Assembly: GCA_918797485.1 (NCBI GenBank)
Contig: CAKKNE010000003.1
Span: forward strand, 3,038,001 to 3,102,000
From: Pelagomonas calceolata
Lineage: Eukaryota
Direction: 5' to 3'
Length of the DNA: 64,000 bases
Of this stretch, positions 1-9,449 are shown in pieces. Numbering within the stretch: position 1 is the first letter of the stretch; every line of letters begins with the position of its first letter. The position numbers and the translations under genes are program-made. The notes below the pieces were generated by a model. The model saw nothing but the letters and a program-made list of their open reading frames with translations, did no database searches and had not been told where the DNA came from.

Positions 1-1819
1 TCGGCCGGTGCCGCAAGTTACTCCTTTCAGCGGCGGCGTTGGGGTAGGTCCCGTGGTCGATCGTCGCATCTAAATTGGTAGCGACGACTTTTGCCGTTTG
101 CTTGAGTCCCTCGAGGTCCACTTCATTATTCTTCACGAACCGCGGCAATACGAGGGAAGCCAGGTTGCAGACCGCAATTTCATCATTATTCGCGAACTCG
201 ACGATCTCGCAGCACAGGTTCGAGCACTTGATCGGCCCGAGGTGCTGCTGGTTCGACTTCTTGTTGCAGGCGTCCTTATAAAGCATGTACGGCGTGCCGG
301 TCTCCATCTGGGCATCTAAGATGGCCCGCCAGAGCTTCCGAGCTTTCACTTTGCGCTTGAACTTGCCCTGCGCCTCGTACGTCTCATAGAGGTTGTCGAA
401 GGCGTTGCCGATCGCGTCCGTCAAACCCGGGCACTCGTCCGGGCACATCAACGCCCATTCAGCATCATCTCGGACGCGTCTCATAAATAAGTCGGGGACC
501 CACAGCCCATAAAACAAATCCCTCGCTCGTCGCTCTTCCTTCCCGTGGTTCTTCTTGAGGTCCAACACATCAAATATATCAGCGTGCCACGGCTCGACGT
601 AGGCCGCGAAGGCTCCTGGTCTTTTACCTCCTCCCTGGTCGACGTACCTCGCCGTCGCGTCGAAGACGCGCAGCATGGGCACCAAACCATTGCTCTCGCC
701 GCCCGTGCCCTTGATCTTCGAGCCCGCGGCCCGCACGTCGGCGACGGACAGCCCGATGCCGCCCGCCGCTTTCGAGATTCGAGCGCATTCACCTAACGCC
801 TTGTAGATGCCCTCGATGGAATCGTCCGTCGATCCGAGCAAAAAGCACGAGGATAAATGGGCCCGCTTCAGGCCGGCGTGGAACAACGTCGGCGACGCGT
901 GGATGAAGTGGCCCCGGCTCATCAGGTCGTAGGTCTCCAGGGCCCGTTCCAACTGCTCGGAGCTCTCCCAGCCTGCGTTTGCGTCGTGTCATCTTCGTGT
1001 CTCTCGGCGCGCGGCGACATCTCTGCGCGTTGCGCGTTCTTCTTTGCGTCTCTCTGCGCGAAGGCGACGTGCCCGCGTCGACGGCGCCATCGCCGCGCCG
1101 GTCGATCTCGATACCTCTCGCTCGCGCGTTCAGACGCTGTATCACATACCGCGGTGAATACCTAAAGCAACGCGCATCAGCAGGTGCTGGGGCCGCTCCG
1201 CGATGCCGTTCCCGTGGACGCCCCCGCGGTGCCGCAGCAAGTAAGACTTCTCGAGCGTCTTGTAGCCAAAATAGTCAAATCCATCAAAATCGCGCTCGTC
1301 GGAGATCGCCCCCTCGACTTGCGCGACGAAGTACTTATCGTTCTCGAGGGCGGCGCGGAAGCCCGCGTCCAGGATGTGGCAGGGCTCGCCCGTCGTGGGA
1401 TTCGGCTCGTCGTCTAAGGTTAACAACGTCTCCTTGAACGACGAGGACGTCGTGGCGTGGAGGCGGTCGACGGCCAGGCGCGCGGCGAGGCGGCCGTAGT
1501 CCGGGTGCTCCGTCGCGGCGTAGGCGGCGTTCTCGGCCAGCGTTTGCTCGACGGTCGCGTAGTCGAGCGCCGCGGCGCCGGCCAACGCCTTCTTCACTAC
1601 TTTTTCCGGCTTCACGTAGGCGTCCAATCCTCTTGCGTAGACCCTAACCTTCTCGAGGAGCTGGCGCTCCAGAGGCGTTGTCGTGTCTTCATTGGGCGGC
1701 TTGAGCGTCTTCGGGGGCGGCGGCGGCGGCCGCGGCGCGACGGAGCCGCCGCGCCACTTTAGTGGTGCCGGCGGCCGCGCGCCAGCCGTCGCGGCGAGGG
1801 CGGCGAGGAGGACGCGCAT
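1..1819 (-). CDS. RRM1: Ribonucleoside-diphosphate reductase large subunit (class Ia R1). Exons 1819-1150 and 972-<1; 3' end runs off the window.
   Basis: After removing a GT-AG intron (973-1149) the translation gives [98 protein letters not shown] and AVCNLASL. Confidence 0.95.
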
Positions 1820-2013
1820 TACTTTGACGCCTTGAAGCGCAGAAACAGGGGCAGCTGAAGTCTTGGTGATGCTCTTGTGCCGCCCGACGGTGCTTGACGC
1901 GGCCCGGGCCAGGTGACGGCTAGGCGATGAAGCGCTGTTGTGTGTGTTGGCAGCTTTCAGGTTGGCTTTCGCAGAGAGAACGCCGGCGAGAGTCTCCCGC
2001 GCTTGGACCAATT

Positions 2014-2037
2014 GCTAGTGTCTTACGCTACGCTAAC
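2014..2037 (+). promoter_or_regulatory. Bipartite upstream motif, copy 1 (GCTAGTGTCTTAC-gcta-CGCTAAC)
   Basis: Lies between the divergent RRM1 (ATG 1819) and ankyrin (ATG 2232) genes. One of 9 copies. Confidence 0.65.
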
Positions 2038-2107
2038 ATGAATCGGTTTCCTGGCAGCGTCCCGTGCGTCCAGGCCTACCGAGCGCGAGGCCGCGGCAGC
2101 CACAAGA

Positions 2108-2212
2108 AGCCGTCGAGCGCGCGAGACGATCGGGCAGCGCGACGCGTAGCGGCGGACACATTAGCTGGGGCAGCCGTCGAGCGCGCGAGACGATCGGGCC
2201 GCGCGACGCGTA
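2108..2212. repeat. 41-bp direct repeat, period 64
   Basis: AGCCGTCGAGCGCGCGAGACGATCGGGC(A/C)GCGCGACGCGTA at 2108-2148 and 2172-2212, one mismatch. Confidence 0.85.
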
Positions 2213-2231
2213 TCGGCAGCCCACACGAACC

Positions 2232-3293
2232 ATGGCCTTCGGCATGGACTACGAGAAGATCTTGCGGCGCCACGTCCTCGAGGAGGAGCTGCGCGGCGGC
2301 ACCGACGCCGTGAAGGACGCGGACCTCAAGCTCACAGCCCCGCCAATCAAGCCGCAGAACAAAACAAACACCACAAAACTGTGGTGGGACGCGATCATGA
2401 ACGACCGGTCCGTCGCCGCCGCCGCGCTCGTGCGGCAGCGGAACGTCGACGTTAATGCCAGAGACGGCTGCGGCCGCACGGCGCTCTGGCACTACGCGTG
2501 GCGCGGCGACGATACGGGTTTAAAACAGCTGCTGGACCTGGGCGCGGACGCCTCCGTGGTAGATGGAGACGGCGACGGCCCGCTGGCCGCCGTCGCGCGC
2601 CGGGGCGAGGCGCGCTGCATCGAGTGCGTCGAGATTTTATTGAAACATAATGCACCTACGGACGCGCGGAACGACGACGGCCGGACGGCGCTCTGGCACG
2701 CGTCGAACTACGGCCGGACGAAGGTCGTCGACGCCTTATTGAGAGGCGGCGCGGACGCGAACGCCGGCGACCGGAACGGGGCGACGCCGGTCCACGCGGC
2801 GTGCGCCGCCGGCCGCGCGGCCTGCGCGGGTCTGTTACTCCGACACGGCGGCGACGCCCGCCGCTTGGACGGCGACGGGCGGAGCGGCCTCCACGCGGCC
2901 TGCAAGAGCGGCGACGTTGAAATCGTCGCCGCGATGCTGGACGCCCCCGTAGATATAGATGGGAGGGACGCGCTCGGCCAGACGGCGCTCTGGCAGGCGT
3001 GCCGGGACGGGTTCGCGGACGTCTGCGCGTTGTTACTGACGCGCGGCGCGTCTCCCGACGTCGCGGCGCACTCGGGGCGGCTCCCCCGGGAGATCGCCGA
3101 GCTCCACGGCCACGCCGCGGTCATCGCGACGTTCGATGCGCCGGCCGCGCCCCCGGTGCGCGTCGAGGCCGCCGCGGCGCCTCCGCCGGCCGCGCCGCGC
3201 GCCGCCCCGGCGGCGGAACCCGTTCCCCAGAAGCTCGGCCCGAGGCGGGCGCTCGAGAGCGGCTTCGTTCGTTCTCCGGTGTTTGACGACTAG
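2232..3293 (+). CDS. Ankyrin-repeat protein
   Basis: About 6-7 repeats of the type DGxGRTALWHA..GxxxxVxxLLxxGAD, followed by a Pro/Ala-rich tail. Confidence 0.9.
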   Translation: MAFGMDYEKILRRHVLEEELRGGTDAVKDADLKLTAPPIKPQNKTNTTKLWWDAIMNDRSVAAAALVRQRNVDVNARDGCGRTALWHYAWRGDDTGLKQLLDLGADASVVDGDGDGPLAAVARRGEARCIECVEILLKHNAPTDARNDDGRTALWHASNYGRTKVVDALLRGGADANAGDRNGATPVHAACAAGRAACAGLLLRHGGDARRLDGDGRSGLHAACKSGDVEIVAAMLDAPVDIDGRDALGQTALWQACRDGFADVCALLLTRGASPDVAAHSGRLPREIAELHGHAAVIATFDAPAAPPVRVEAAAAPPPAAPRAAPAAEPVPQKLGPRRALESGFVRSPVFDD

Positions 3294-3363
3294 CCTTTTG
3301 CATATGTTACCGGGGGAGAACAAGGGGGTGCATCCCGAATGAAGAAAGAGCGGGTGGTGGGGT

Positions 3364-4537
3364 TCACGGGGCGACCGCGGTGACGTAGAGGCACGTGTTG
3401 GTCGGGAAGAGCAGTCCCTTCTTTAGGCCGTCGGGGTTGTCGACGCCCGCCCACTCGGGGACGTGGTCCGCGAGCTCGACGATATCAAAGCCGGCGACGT
3501 TGGACGCCAGGAGCCGCCGGGCCTCCTGCAGCAGCGGCGCGCCGCCCGCGTCGAGGATGTCGTTGTGGAACGGCGTCCCCTCGAGGAAGCGCGCGGCGAC
3601 GTCGTCGACGTCGGCGCCCGCGATGACGATCGGGTAGCTCCACTCCTCGGCGGCCACGCGGCCGAAGCCCGCGTTCGCAAGCGCGTCCCCGAGCGCCCCC
3701 GGCACGCTGTCTGCCAGGTTGCAGGGGTTGGCCGGGGGGTTGGCCGGGTCCGGCTTCGGCAGCTTGCCCGCCTCGCGCAGCGCCAGCACCGTCTTCATCA
3801 GGCCCGCGCCGAACATGTCCACCTGTGTGGAAACCAACCAGTGTGTCGGGTGCACCCGACAATTCTTCACTAAGTCATTTCTCGGCGATGACGGGGCCGA
3901 CCTGGCTCGGTCGAGCGGCGAGGAACCGGCATCGCCACGCCATCGAGCAGGCGTCGCGTCGATGGCGTGGAGGACGACGCGATGATTCAGCACGAACGCG
4001 CCGTAAAATTTTGATTTCCACACAGATGTTTACCCGGGCGGGCGGCTGCCACACCGTGGTGATGAACGGCGCGCCCGGCTTGAGCACGCGCCGCACCTCG
4101 CGGCAGACCCTCTCGACGTCGGGCGTGAACATGAGGACGTACGTGCCGACGCAGGCGTCGAAGGTGCCGTCGCCCCACCGCGACAGGTCCTGGGCGTCCG
4201 CCGTGTGGAACTCGACCATATCGCTCAGGCCGAAGGCCGCCGCCCTTTTCTCCCCCAGATTCTTGTTCGGCGGCGCGAAGTCCGTGGACACGACGCGGAA
4301 GCCGCGGCTCGCGATCGTGAGGCTCGGCTCGCCCGCCGACGCCCCCAGGTCCAAGACGCGCGCGCCGTTCGGTAGGCCCCGCTGCGCGAGGTCGTCGGCG
4401 ACCCGCGAAAAGCACCGCTGGTTCCCACGCATCACGTTTCGCGCAAAAATAGCAAAGCCTTTGCTCGGGTCGGCCGAAAGGGCATGCGTTTTGCATGTTA
4501 GGACCAGCAGCAGAGTCGCGTGCTGCATCGCATGCAT
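3364..4537 (-). CDS. Class I SAM-dependent methyltransferase with a signal-peptide-like N-terminus. Exons 4537-4034 and 3822-3364.
   Basis: VLDLGASAGEP, DGTFDA and EVRRVLKPGA motifs. Splicing out 3823-4033 joins WQPPAR|VDMFGAG in frame. The start could be 4537 or 4528. Confidence 0.85.
3823..4025. mobile_element. Introner element IE-1 (203-bp non-autonomous TIR element); intron 3823-4033 on the minus strand
   Basis: TIRs CTGTGTGGAAA...TTTCCACACAG. 8-bp flanks ATGTCCAC (3815-3822) and ATGTTTAC (4026-4033). Internal 12-bp inverted repeat CCACGCCATCGA/TCGATGGCGTGG. Confidence 0.93.
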
Positions 4538-4647
4538 GTGGCAGAGGGCAGCCCTCGCAGCGTTCTGCGGTCCGGCTGGTGATTTATTGGCTGCCTCGGC
4601 CTTGGAACTAGCGTCTTTGAGCCCGTAAAGGGCTGCCACAAAACGGT

Positions 4648-4670
4648 GCTAGCGACAGTAAGACACTAGC
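4648..4670 (-). promoter_or_regulatory. Bipartite upstream motif, copy 2
   Basis: Reverse complement reads GCTAGTGTCTTAC-tgt-CGCTAGC, between the divergent methyltransferase and ataxin-3 genes. Confidence 0.7.
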
Positions 4671-4834
4671 ATCGGCCGGCGTTTTGTCAGTGCCGGCCCA
4701 GCCTGCCTCTGAGGACGCGCGCACGCTTATCGCGCGAGCGTTTAACTCCTCCACCAAAGCCGTCACACGCCGCGCTGCGCCGAAAGGCACCGCTCCGCCC
4801 GAGTCAAGCCTAGGTGACCAGGCGACATTCCACC

Positions 4835-5755
4835 ATGCCGATCGCCTCGATGAAGGAGCTCAAGGAGCGCGAGGAGCTAAAGGATAAGATGACGGGCGAC
4901 CACCACGCCGGCGACGACGGCGACGTGCCCAAGGAGGCGCTCGAGATGCCCGTCGACGGCGAGCGCCTGCCGACGGACTTCCACGGCATCTACCACGAGA
5001 AGCAGATCGGCGCGCTCTGCGCCGTCCACGCGTTGAATAACTTGGTGCAAGCTCGATGGTTCGACGAGGTGGGCCTGGCCGAGGTCGCGCGCGACCTCGA
5101 CCGCCGCGAGGCGGCGCTGTTGTCGAGTCCGGTCGCGGACCACGAGTCGCAGAACGTCCGGGGCGACGGCTTCTTCTCGGTCCAGGTCATCCTCCAGGCG
5201 CTGCAGCGCGCGGGCCTCGCCTGCGGCCAGCTGGGCTCGACGGCGAACCGGGAACGCGGCGACGCGGGCTACATTTTGAACCGGAGGGAGCACTGGTTCG
5301 CGCTGCGGCGCATCGGCGACCGCCACTGGTTCGACCTGAATTCCATGGCGAAGACGCCGCAGGAGATGTCGCCCGCGCACGTCGACCTCTTCCTCCAGGC
5401 GCACTTCGAGAAGGGCTACTCGGTCTTCGCCGTGCGCGGCGCCTTTCCGTCCCATAGATTGGAGCGCGACGCGGGCGCGCTGGCCGCGGCCGTCGCCGCC
5501 TGCGCGTCCTCCGGCGCGGCGCCCGCGTCGTCTTCTACGAAGCCGGCCACCCAGGCCTTCTCGGGCGCGGGCCGCGCGCTCGCGCCGTCGGAGCCCGAGG
5601 TCGACCCGGCGCTCGCCGCCGCCGCCGCCGCGGACCCGGAGCTCGCGGCGGCCATCGCCGCGTCCATGGACGACGTCCGCGCGAAGAAGGCCAAGACGTC
5701 CGCCGCCGACGACCGCGACGCGATCCGCGCCGCGCGGCTGGCGCGGTTCGGCTAG
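4835..5755 (+). CDS. ATXN3: Ataxin-3/Josephin-domain deubiquitinase
   Basis: Catalytic motifs HEKQIGALCAVHALNNL, REHWFALRRIG and WFDLNS. SHP-like FSGAGRAL, UIM-like DPELAAAIAASM and VIM-like DAIRAARLARFG. Confidence 0.92.
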   Translation: MPIASMKELKEREELKDKMTGDHHAGDDGDVPKEALEMPVDGERLPTDFHGIYHEKQIGALCAVHALNNLVQARWFDEVGLAEVARDLDRREAALLSSPVADHESQNVRGDGFFSVQVILQALQRAGLACGQLGSTANRERGDAGYILNRREHWFALRRIGDRHWFDLNSMAKTPQEMSPAHVDLFLQAHFEKGYSVFAVRGAFPSHRLERDAGALAAAVAACASSGAAPASSSTKPATQAFSGAGRALAPSEPEVDPALAAAAAADPELAAAIAASMDDVRAKKAKTSAADDRDAIRAARLARFG

Positions 5756-5929
5756 TCGGCTTTTTCGTCCCCCCCCCCGGTGTGTCGTGGTATAACCTCG
5801 TTTCCTCGTTGAACTCTCTGCGCGTCTCTCACTTAAAAGTTGGAAGGCGGGTAGCTCGTGCTCTCGAGGCCGCCGGACCGACGCCTTTCTCTCTCATGTT
5901 ACGGTGCTAGGACTAGTACGGCGCGTCAA

Positions 5930-5952
5930 GCTAGCGGCTGTAAGACACTAGG
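5930..5952 (-). promoter_or_regulatory. Bipartite upstream motif, copy 3
   Basis: Reverse complement reads CCTAGTGTCTTAC-agc-CGCTAGC, 158 bp upstream of ATG 6110. Confidence 0.7.
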
Positions 5953-6109
5953 CAACGCAGGACCTAGCGGTACAGCGCCAGCCCGCGATTTGTAGGACAG
6001 CAGTAAGTCACTGTACTGCGTCGCCTCTCGCAACACAGCGAGCGCTGCGGGCTCACGCGACGCCCAGCCGCCACAGTAAAAAAAGGCGACAAGGCCTCCG
6101 CGATAAAAA

Positions 6110-6874
6110 ATGCTCGCCACCCGCGCCCTCCACCGCGTCGGGACCGCCAGAGCGTTTTCCACGACGACGTCGACGACGGCGCGCGCGGCGGCGGCGCGCG
6201 CGGCGCTCGCGGCGTCGACGCGCCACGTCGGCGCGCGCTGGACCGCCGCCGCGGCGCCGCGCGCGCGCTGGCGCGACGCGATGAAGGCGCGCGCGGCGGC
6301 GACGACGGCGCCCGTGCGCGCGCGCCTCGCGCTGGCGGCGCCGCGGCTCCGGCTCCGCGAGCTCCTCGCGCCGCGGCTCCGGCTCCTCGCCGCGCGGCGG
6401 CCGCGGCGCCTCGCCCGGCTCAAGGCCGCGGCGGCGGCGCACGCCGCGGCGGTCAAGGAGCGCGCGCGGCGCGCCGCGGCGCTCGCGGTCGCGTTCCGCG
6501 CGCGCCGCGCCGGCTACGCGGGCCAGCTCGCGGACGCGTGGCGCACGTACGGCTGGACGGCCGTGGGCACGCACTTCGCCGTCTACGGGACGACGCTGGC
6601 GGGGCTGACGGCCGCCGTCGACGTCGGCCTGCTCGGCGGCGGCCGCGCGCGCGACGAGGCGGTGGCGAAGCTGTCGGCGCTCGTGGCGCCCGTCGCGCCG
6701 CGCGCGCTCGTCGACGGCCTCCGCTCGTCGCCGACGGCGGGCGCCTTCGCCGTGGCCTGGGTGCTGGCGAAGTTCACGGAGATCCCGCGGCTCGCCGTGA
6801 CGCTCGCGCTGACGCCGCGCGTCGCCGCGATGCGGTCCGTCGTGCGGCTGGCGGTTCGGGGCGTCGTATCTTAA
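6110..6874 (+). CDS. FAM210/DUF1279-like mitochondrial membrane protein
   Basis: Mitochondrial-type presequence MLATRALHRVGTARAFS, then WRTYGWTAVGTHFAVY and AFAVAWVLAKFTEIPRLAVTLALTP. Confidence 0.8.
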   Translation: MLATRALHRVGTARAFSTTTSTTARAAAARAALAASTRHVGARWTAAAAPRARWRDAMKARAAATTAPVRARLALAAPRLRLRELLAPRLRLLAARRPRRLARLKAAAAAHAAAVKERARRAAALAVAFRARRAGYAGQLADAWRTYGWTAVGTHFAVYGTTLAGLTAAVDVGLLGGGRARDEAVAKLSALVAPVAPRALVDGLRSSPTAGAFAVAWVLAKFTEIPRLAVTLALTPRVAAMRSVVRLAVRGVVS

Positions 6875-6906
6875 CTTTAACACTGTGTTATAAACAACAA
6901 AATAGC

Positions 6907-8216
6907 CTAGGCGCGCGCCACGAGGTCGTCCAGCGCCGCCGCGACGTCGCTCTCCCTTAATTCGGGCGCGGCGGCGCAGGGCAGCGCGCGCGGCGGCCCC
7001 CGCGCGCCGGCGAGGCCCACGGCGCCGAGGAGCGCGTCGACCTCGCGCGGCGTCAGGCCCCGCGCGGCGCCGACGGGCAGGTCGCCCAGGGCCAGCGGGC
7101 CGAGCCGCACGCGGTGGAGCGCGGTCACTTTTAAATCGGCGCGCGCCGCGAGCCGGCGGATCTGGCGGTTGCGGCCCTCGGCGATGGTGACCTCGAGCGT
7201 CGCCTGCGTCGTCGTCTTTGTACTGGCGCAGCACCTCGGACGCCATCGACGCGACGCGGGCCCAACGCCACGCCATCGACGCGCGGCCGGTTGAAGGAAA
7301 GGACGGACGCCGCCTCGATACCGCGGTCGCGTCGCGCCTCAGGACCGCGACGTCGGCCGGGGCCGTGCGGACGGCCTCTCGCGTATGCAGCGTGACGTCG
7401 TCGAGCGGCGTCGCCAGCGACGCGAGCGCGGCGTCCGTGACGTCGCCCGCCACGTCGAGCACGTAGGTCTTGCTGCAGGTTCCGGCCGCGACGAGCCGCT
7501 TCGCGAGGCCGCCGTCGTCCGTGAACAGCAGCAGGCCCGTCGTGGCCTTGTCGAGGCGGCCGACGGGGCCGAGCCTGTGGAGCGCCCATCGTTTTTCGAA
7601 CTTTGCATAGTCCCGCGGGTGCCAGGGCGGGGCTTCACGATCGCCGATGTCTACTCGACAGGCGTCGAGTTCCAGGTGCGTCGCGGCGATGGCGACTTTT
7701 GCCGTCGAGCCTTACGCTGTCGCCGCGATCCCGTGAAGGCACCTCACGTTTTGACGCGGGCCCGCGCGGCGGAAACCCCGGCGGCAGGACGTCGAAGACC
7801 GTCGACGCGGTCTCGTCGCGCTGCGTCACGCAGCCGGCGGGCCTGCGTGTTTGCACTCGTCGCCTTCACGCCGTCGAGCAGACGCTGCGTTCAAACTTGT
7901 GCAACGCAAAGTAAAAGTGGCGCCGCCGCGCGAACGTCTCGCGCCGCTTCTGCGCCGGCGCCTCGCCGTGCCACGGCCGCGCGCACCGCCCGGACCGCGC
8001 GCTCCTCGCGATGTGGTGCACCTGCTGCGCGCTCAGGCCGGTGAGCGTCGCGAGCCGGCGCGTCGTGTCCTTCGACGGGTACGGCACGAGGCTTCGCTTG
8101 ATTCTCGGGTCGCACAGGAGGTCGCGCGCGTGGCGCTTTGCTGCTTGCTGGCGTCGTTTTTTGCGGCGTCTCAGGTAGTAGGCGAGCACTGCTGCTGCTG
8201 CTAAGAAGGTGAGCAC
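6907..8216 (-). CDS. RsuA/RluB/E/F-family pseudouridine synthase. Introns 7843-7896, 7575-7767 (GC donor) and 7204-7321; start uncertain.
   Basis: Spliced product reads YFALHK|PAGCVTQ...VFDVLPPGFPP|LGPVGRLDKATTGLLLFTDDG...KTY...|ATLEVTIAEGRNRQIRR...LHRVRLGPL. No in-frame ATG was found in the first exon. Confidence 0.85.
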
Positions 8217-8848
8217 TGCATTTTGCTTGAGGTGGGGGGACGCCAGCTTGCTTTTTTGGTGGATCCGGTCGCACCAGGATTTTGGCAGGAATGTGAATGT
8301 GATGCGTCAGGCTGTTTACTTTTTGGTGTGTAGCAGTGAGAGCATGCTCTTTGTCTGCTTACTTCACAGGCCGCTAGGGAGGGAGCCCCTTGGGTTTTCT
8401 AAGAGGGCAACGAGAAGCTTCCAACCCCCACGGACACGGCTCTGTGCATTTCCCACCCCGCGGCCCGGGCCGAGGCCGCGCCGACGACGAGCGAGCCGCG
8501 GACCACGCGGTCGGAATTTCTCGCCCGCGATACGCCTCCGACGCGCTGCGGTGGACGAGGGTGGCGGGGTTTCAGGGGTCGGTCGGGGTGTTGTTGTATA
8601 AACGCGGGTCAGTCGGACCTTGCGTATGTTGGAAGGGAGTATGGGGCAACAGGCTTCGCGAAGCATGGCTCTGAGCTGCCTCGGGTGGCTTTCCGAGGTC
8701 TGACGATGTCGCGGGCGCGGCTGTGGGGCGGGCAACACAAGCCGTGTTAACTCACGGGTTTTCCTTTGCTTTCCTACTAGTCCATCATTTTTGTCCTCTT
8801 GATCCCTCCAGATGTCGGTGAATGCTCGCAGACATCGGTTGAACATGT

Positions 8849-8950
8849 GCTTGGGTGGTCTAGTTGGTTATGACGTCCTACCTAGTGCTAAACTGGGTAC
8901 GTCCTTGCTTCACACGCAGAAGGTCGCGAGTTCGAGTCTCGCCTCGAGTA
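8849..8950 (+). tRNA. tRNA-Val(CAC) with a non-canonical 28-nt intron at 28/29 (8878-8905)
   Basis: Acceptor stem GCTTGGG/CTCGAGT+A. D-arm GTCT-AGTTGGTTA-TGAC. The anticodon stem TCTGC/GCAGA forms only after intron removal, with loop TT-CAC-AC. T-arm GCGAG-TTCGAGT-CTCGC. Poly-T terminator follows. Confidence 0.92.
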
Positions 8951-8952
8951 CA

Positions 8953-8967
8953 TTTTTTTTTTTTTTT
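8953..8967 (+). terminator. Pol III poly-T terminator of tRNA-Val
   Basis: T-run immediately after the discriminator base. Confidence 0.8.
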
Positions 8968-9111
8968 CTACCCCCCCTATGCCCTAAGGCGCCGCAACGC
9001 GCTTTTTGGGTCTTTTTTGCAAGAAAAATTTTTATAAAATCCTCTGTTTTGCCCTTCGCCGGCCTCCAAATCCCTGCAAAGTGCAAAGGGGGGGGTGCTG
9101 GCTTCAAAAAT

Positions 9112-9121
9112 AAAAAAAAAA
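9112..9121 (-). terminator. Pol III poly-T terminator of tRNA-Ala
   Basis: A-run on the + strand just downstream of the minus-strand tRNA 3' end. Confidence 0.8.
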
Positions 9122-9122
9122 T

Positions 9123-9242
9123 TGGAGATAATACTGATTTATGCATATTTCGCATATAGAATCGAACTCATGACCTCCCGCATGCTAAGCAGGCGCTTGC
9201 GATTCCGTTGTTGTACGGATCTACCAACTGAGCTATATCCCC
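9123..9242 (-). tRNA. tRNA-Ala(AGC) with two non-canonical introns: 22/23 (9198-9220, 23 nt) and 62/63 (9134-9157, 24 nt)
   Basis: Mature sequence GGGGATA TA GCTC AGTTGGTA G|AGC G CCTGC TT-AGC-AT GCGGG AGGTC ATGAG TTCGATT CT|TAT TATCTCC A: a 73-nt cloverleaf with the G3:U70 Ala identity pair. Confidence 0.92.
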
Positions 9243-9449
9243 AAGGCTGCGAGAAAGACCGAGCTTTGCAATTTAAAGTCTATAATAGAAAAACCCGTTT
9301 TGGGATTGAGGTGCGTGCGTCCGTTTTTTTGCGCCCGTCGCACCGCCTCCGGCCCTCGGCCTCTCGCCGGGGCGAGTCTCCCGCCAGTGCAGCAGCCCCC
9401 GGAACACCACGCGAAGAGGAACCACCCAACAGCAACACCGCAAAAAAAA

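Noticed and set aside
3823..4023. ORF 3364..4023 N-terminus (MWKSKFYGAFVLNHRVV...) and ORF 20321 N-terminus (MWKSTSELG...)
   Set aside because: These are translations of introner DNA, not real protein starts.
8873..8905. ACGTCCT direct repeat flanking the tRNA-Val insert as a possible TSD
   Set aside because: Removing one copy leaves 2 extra nt in the anticodon stem. The repeat is largely explained by the GACG/CGTC helix requirement.
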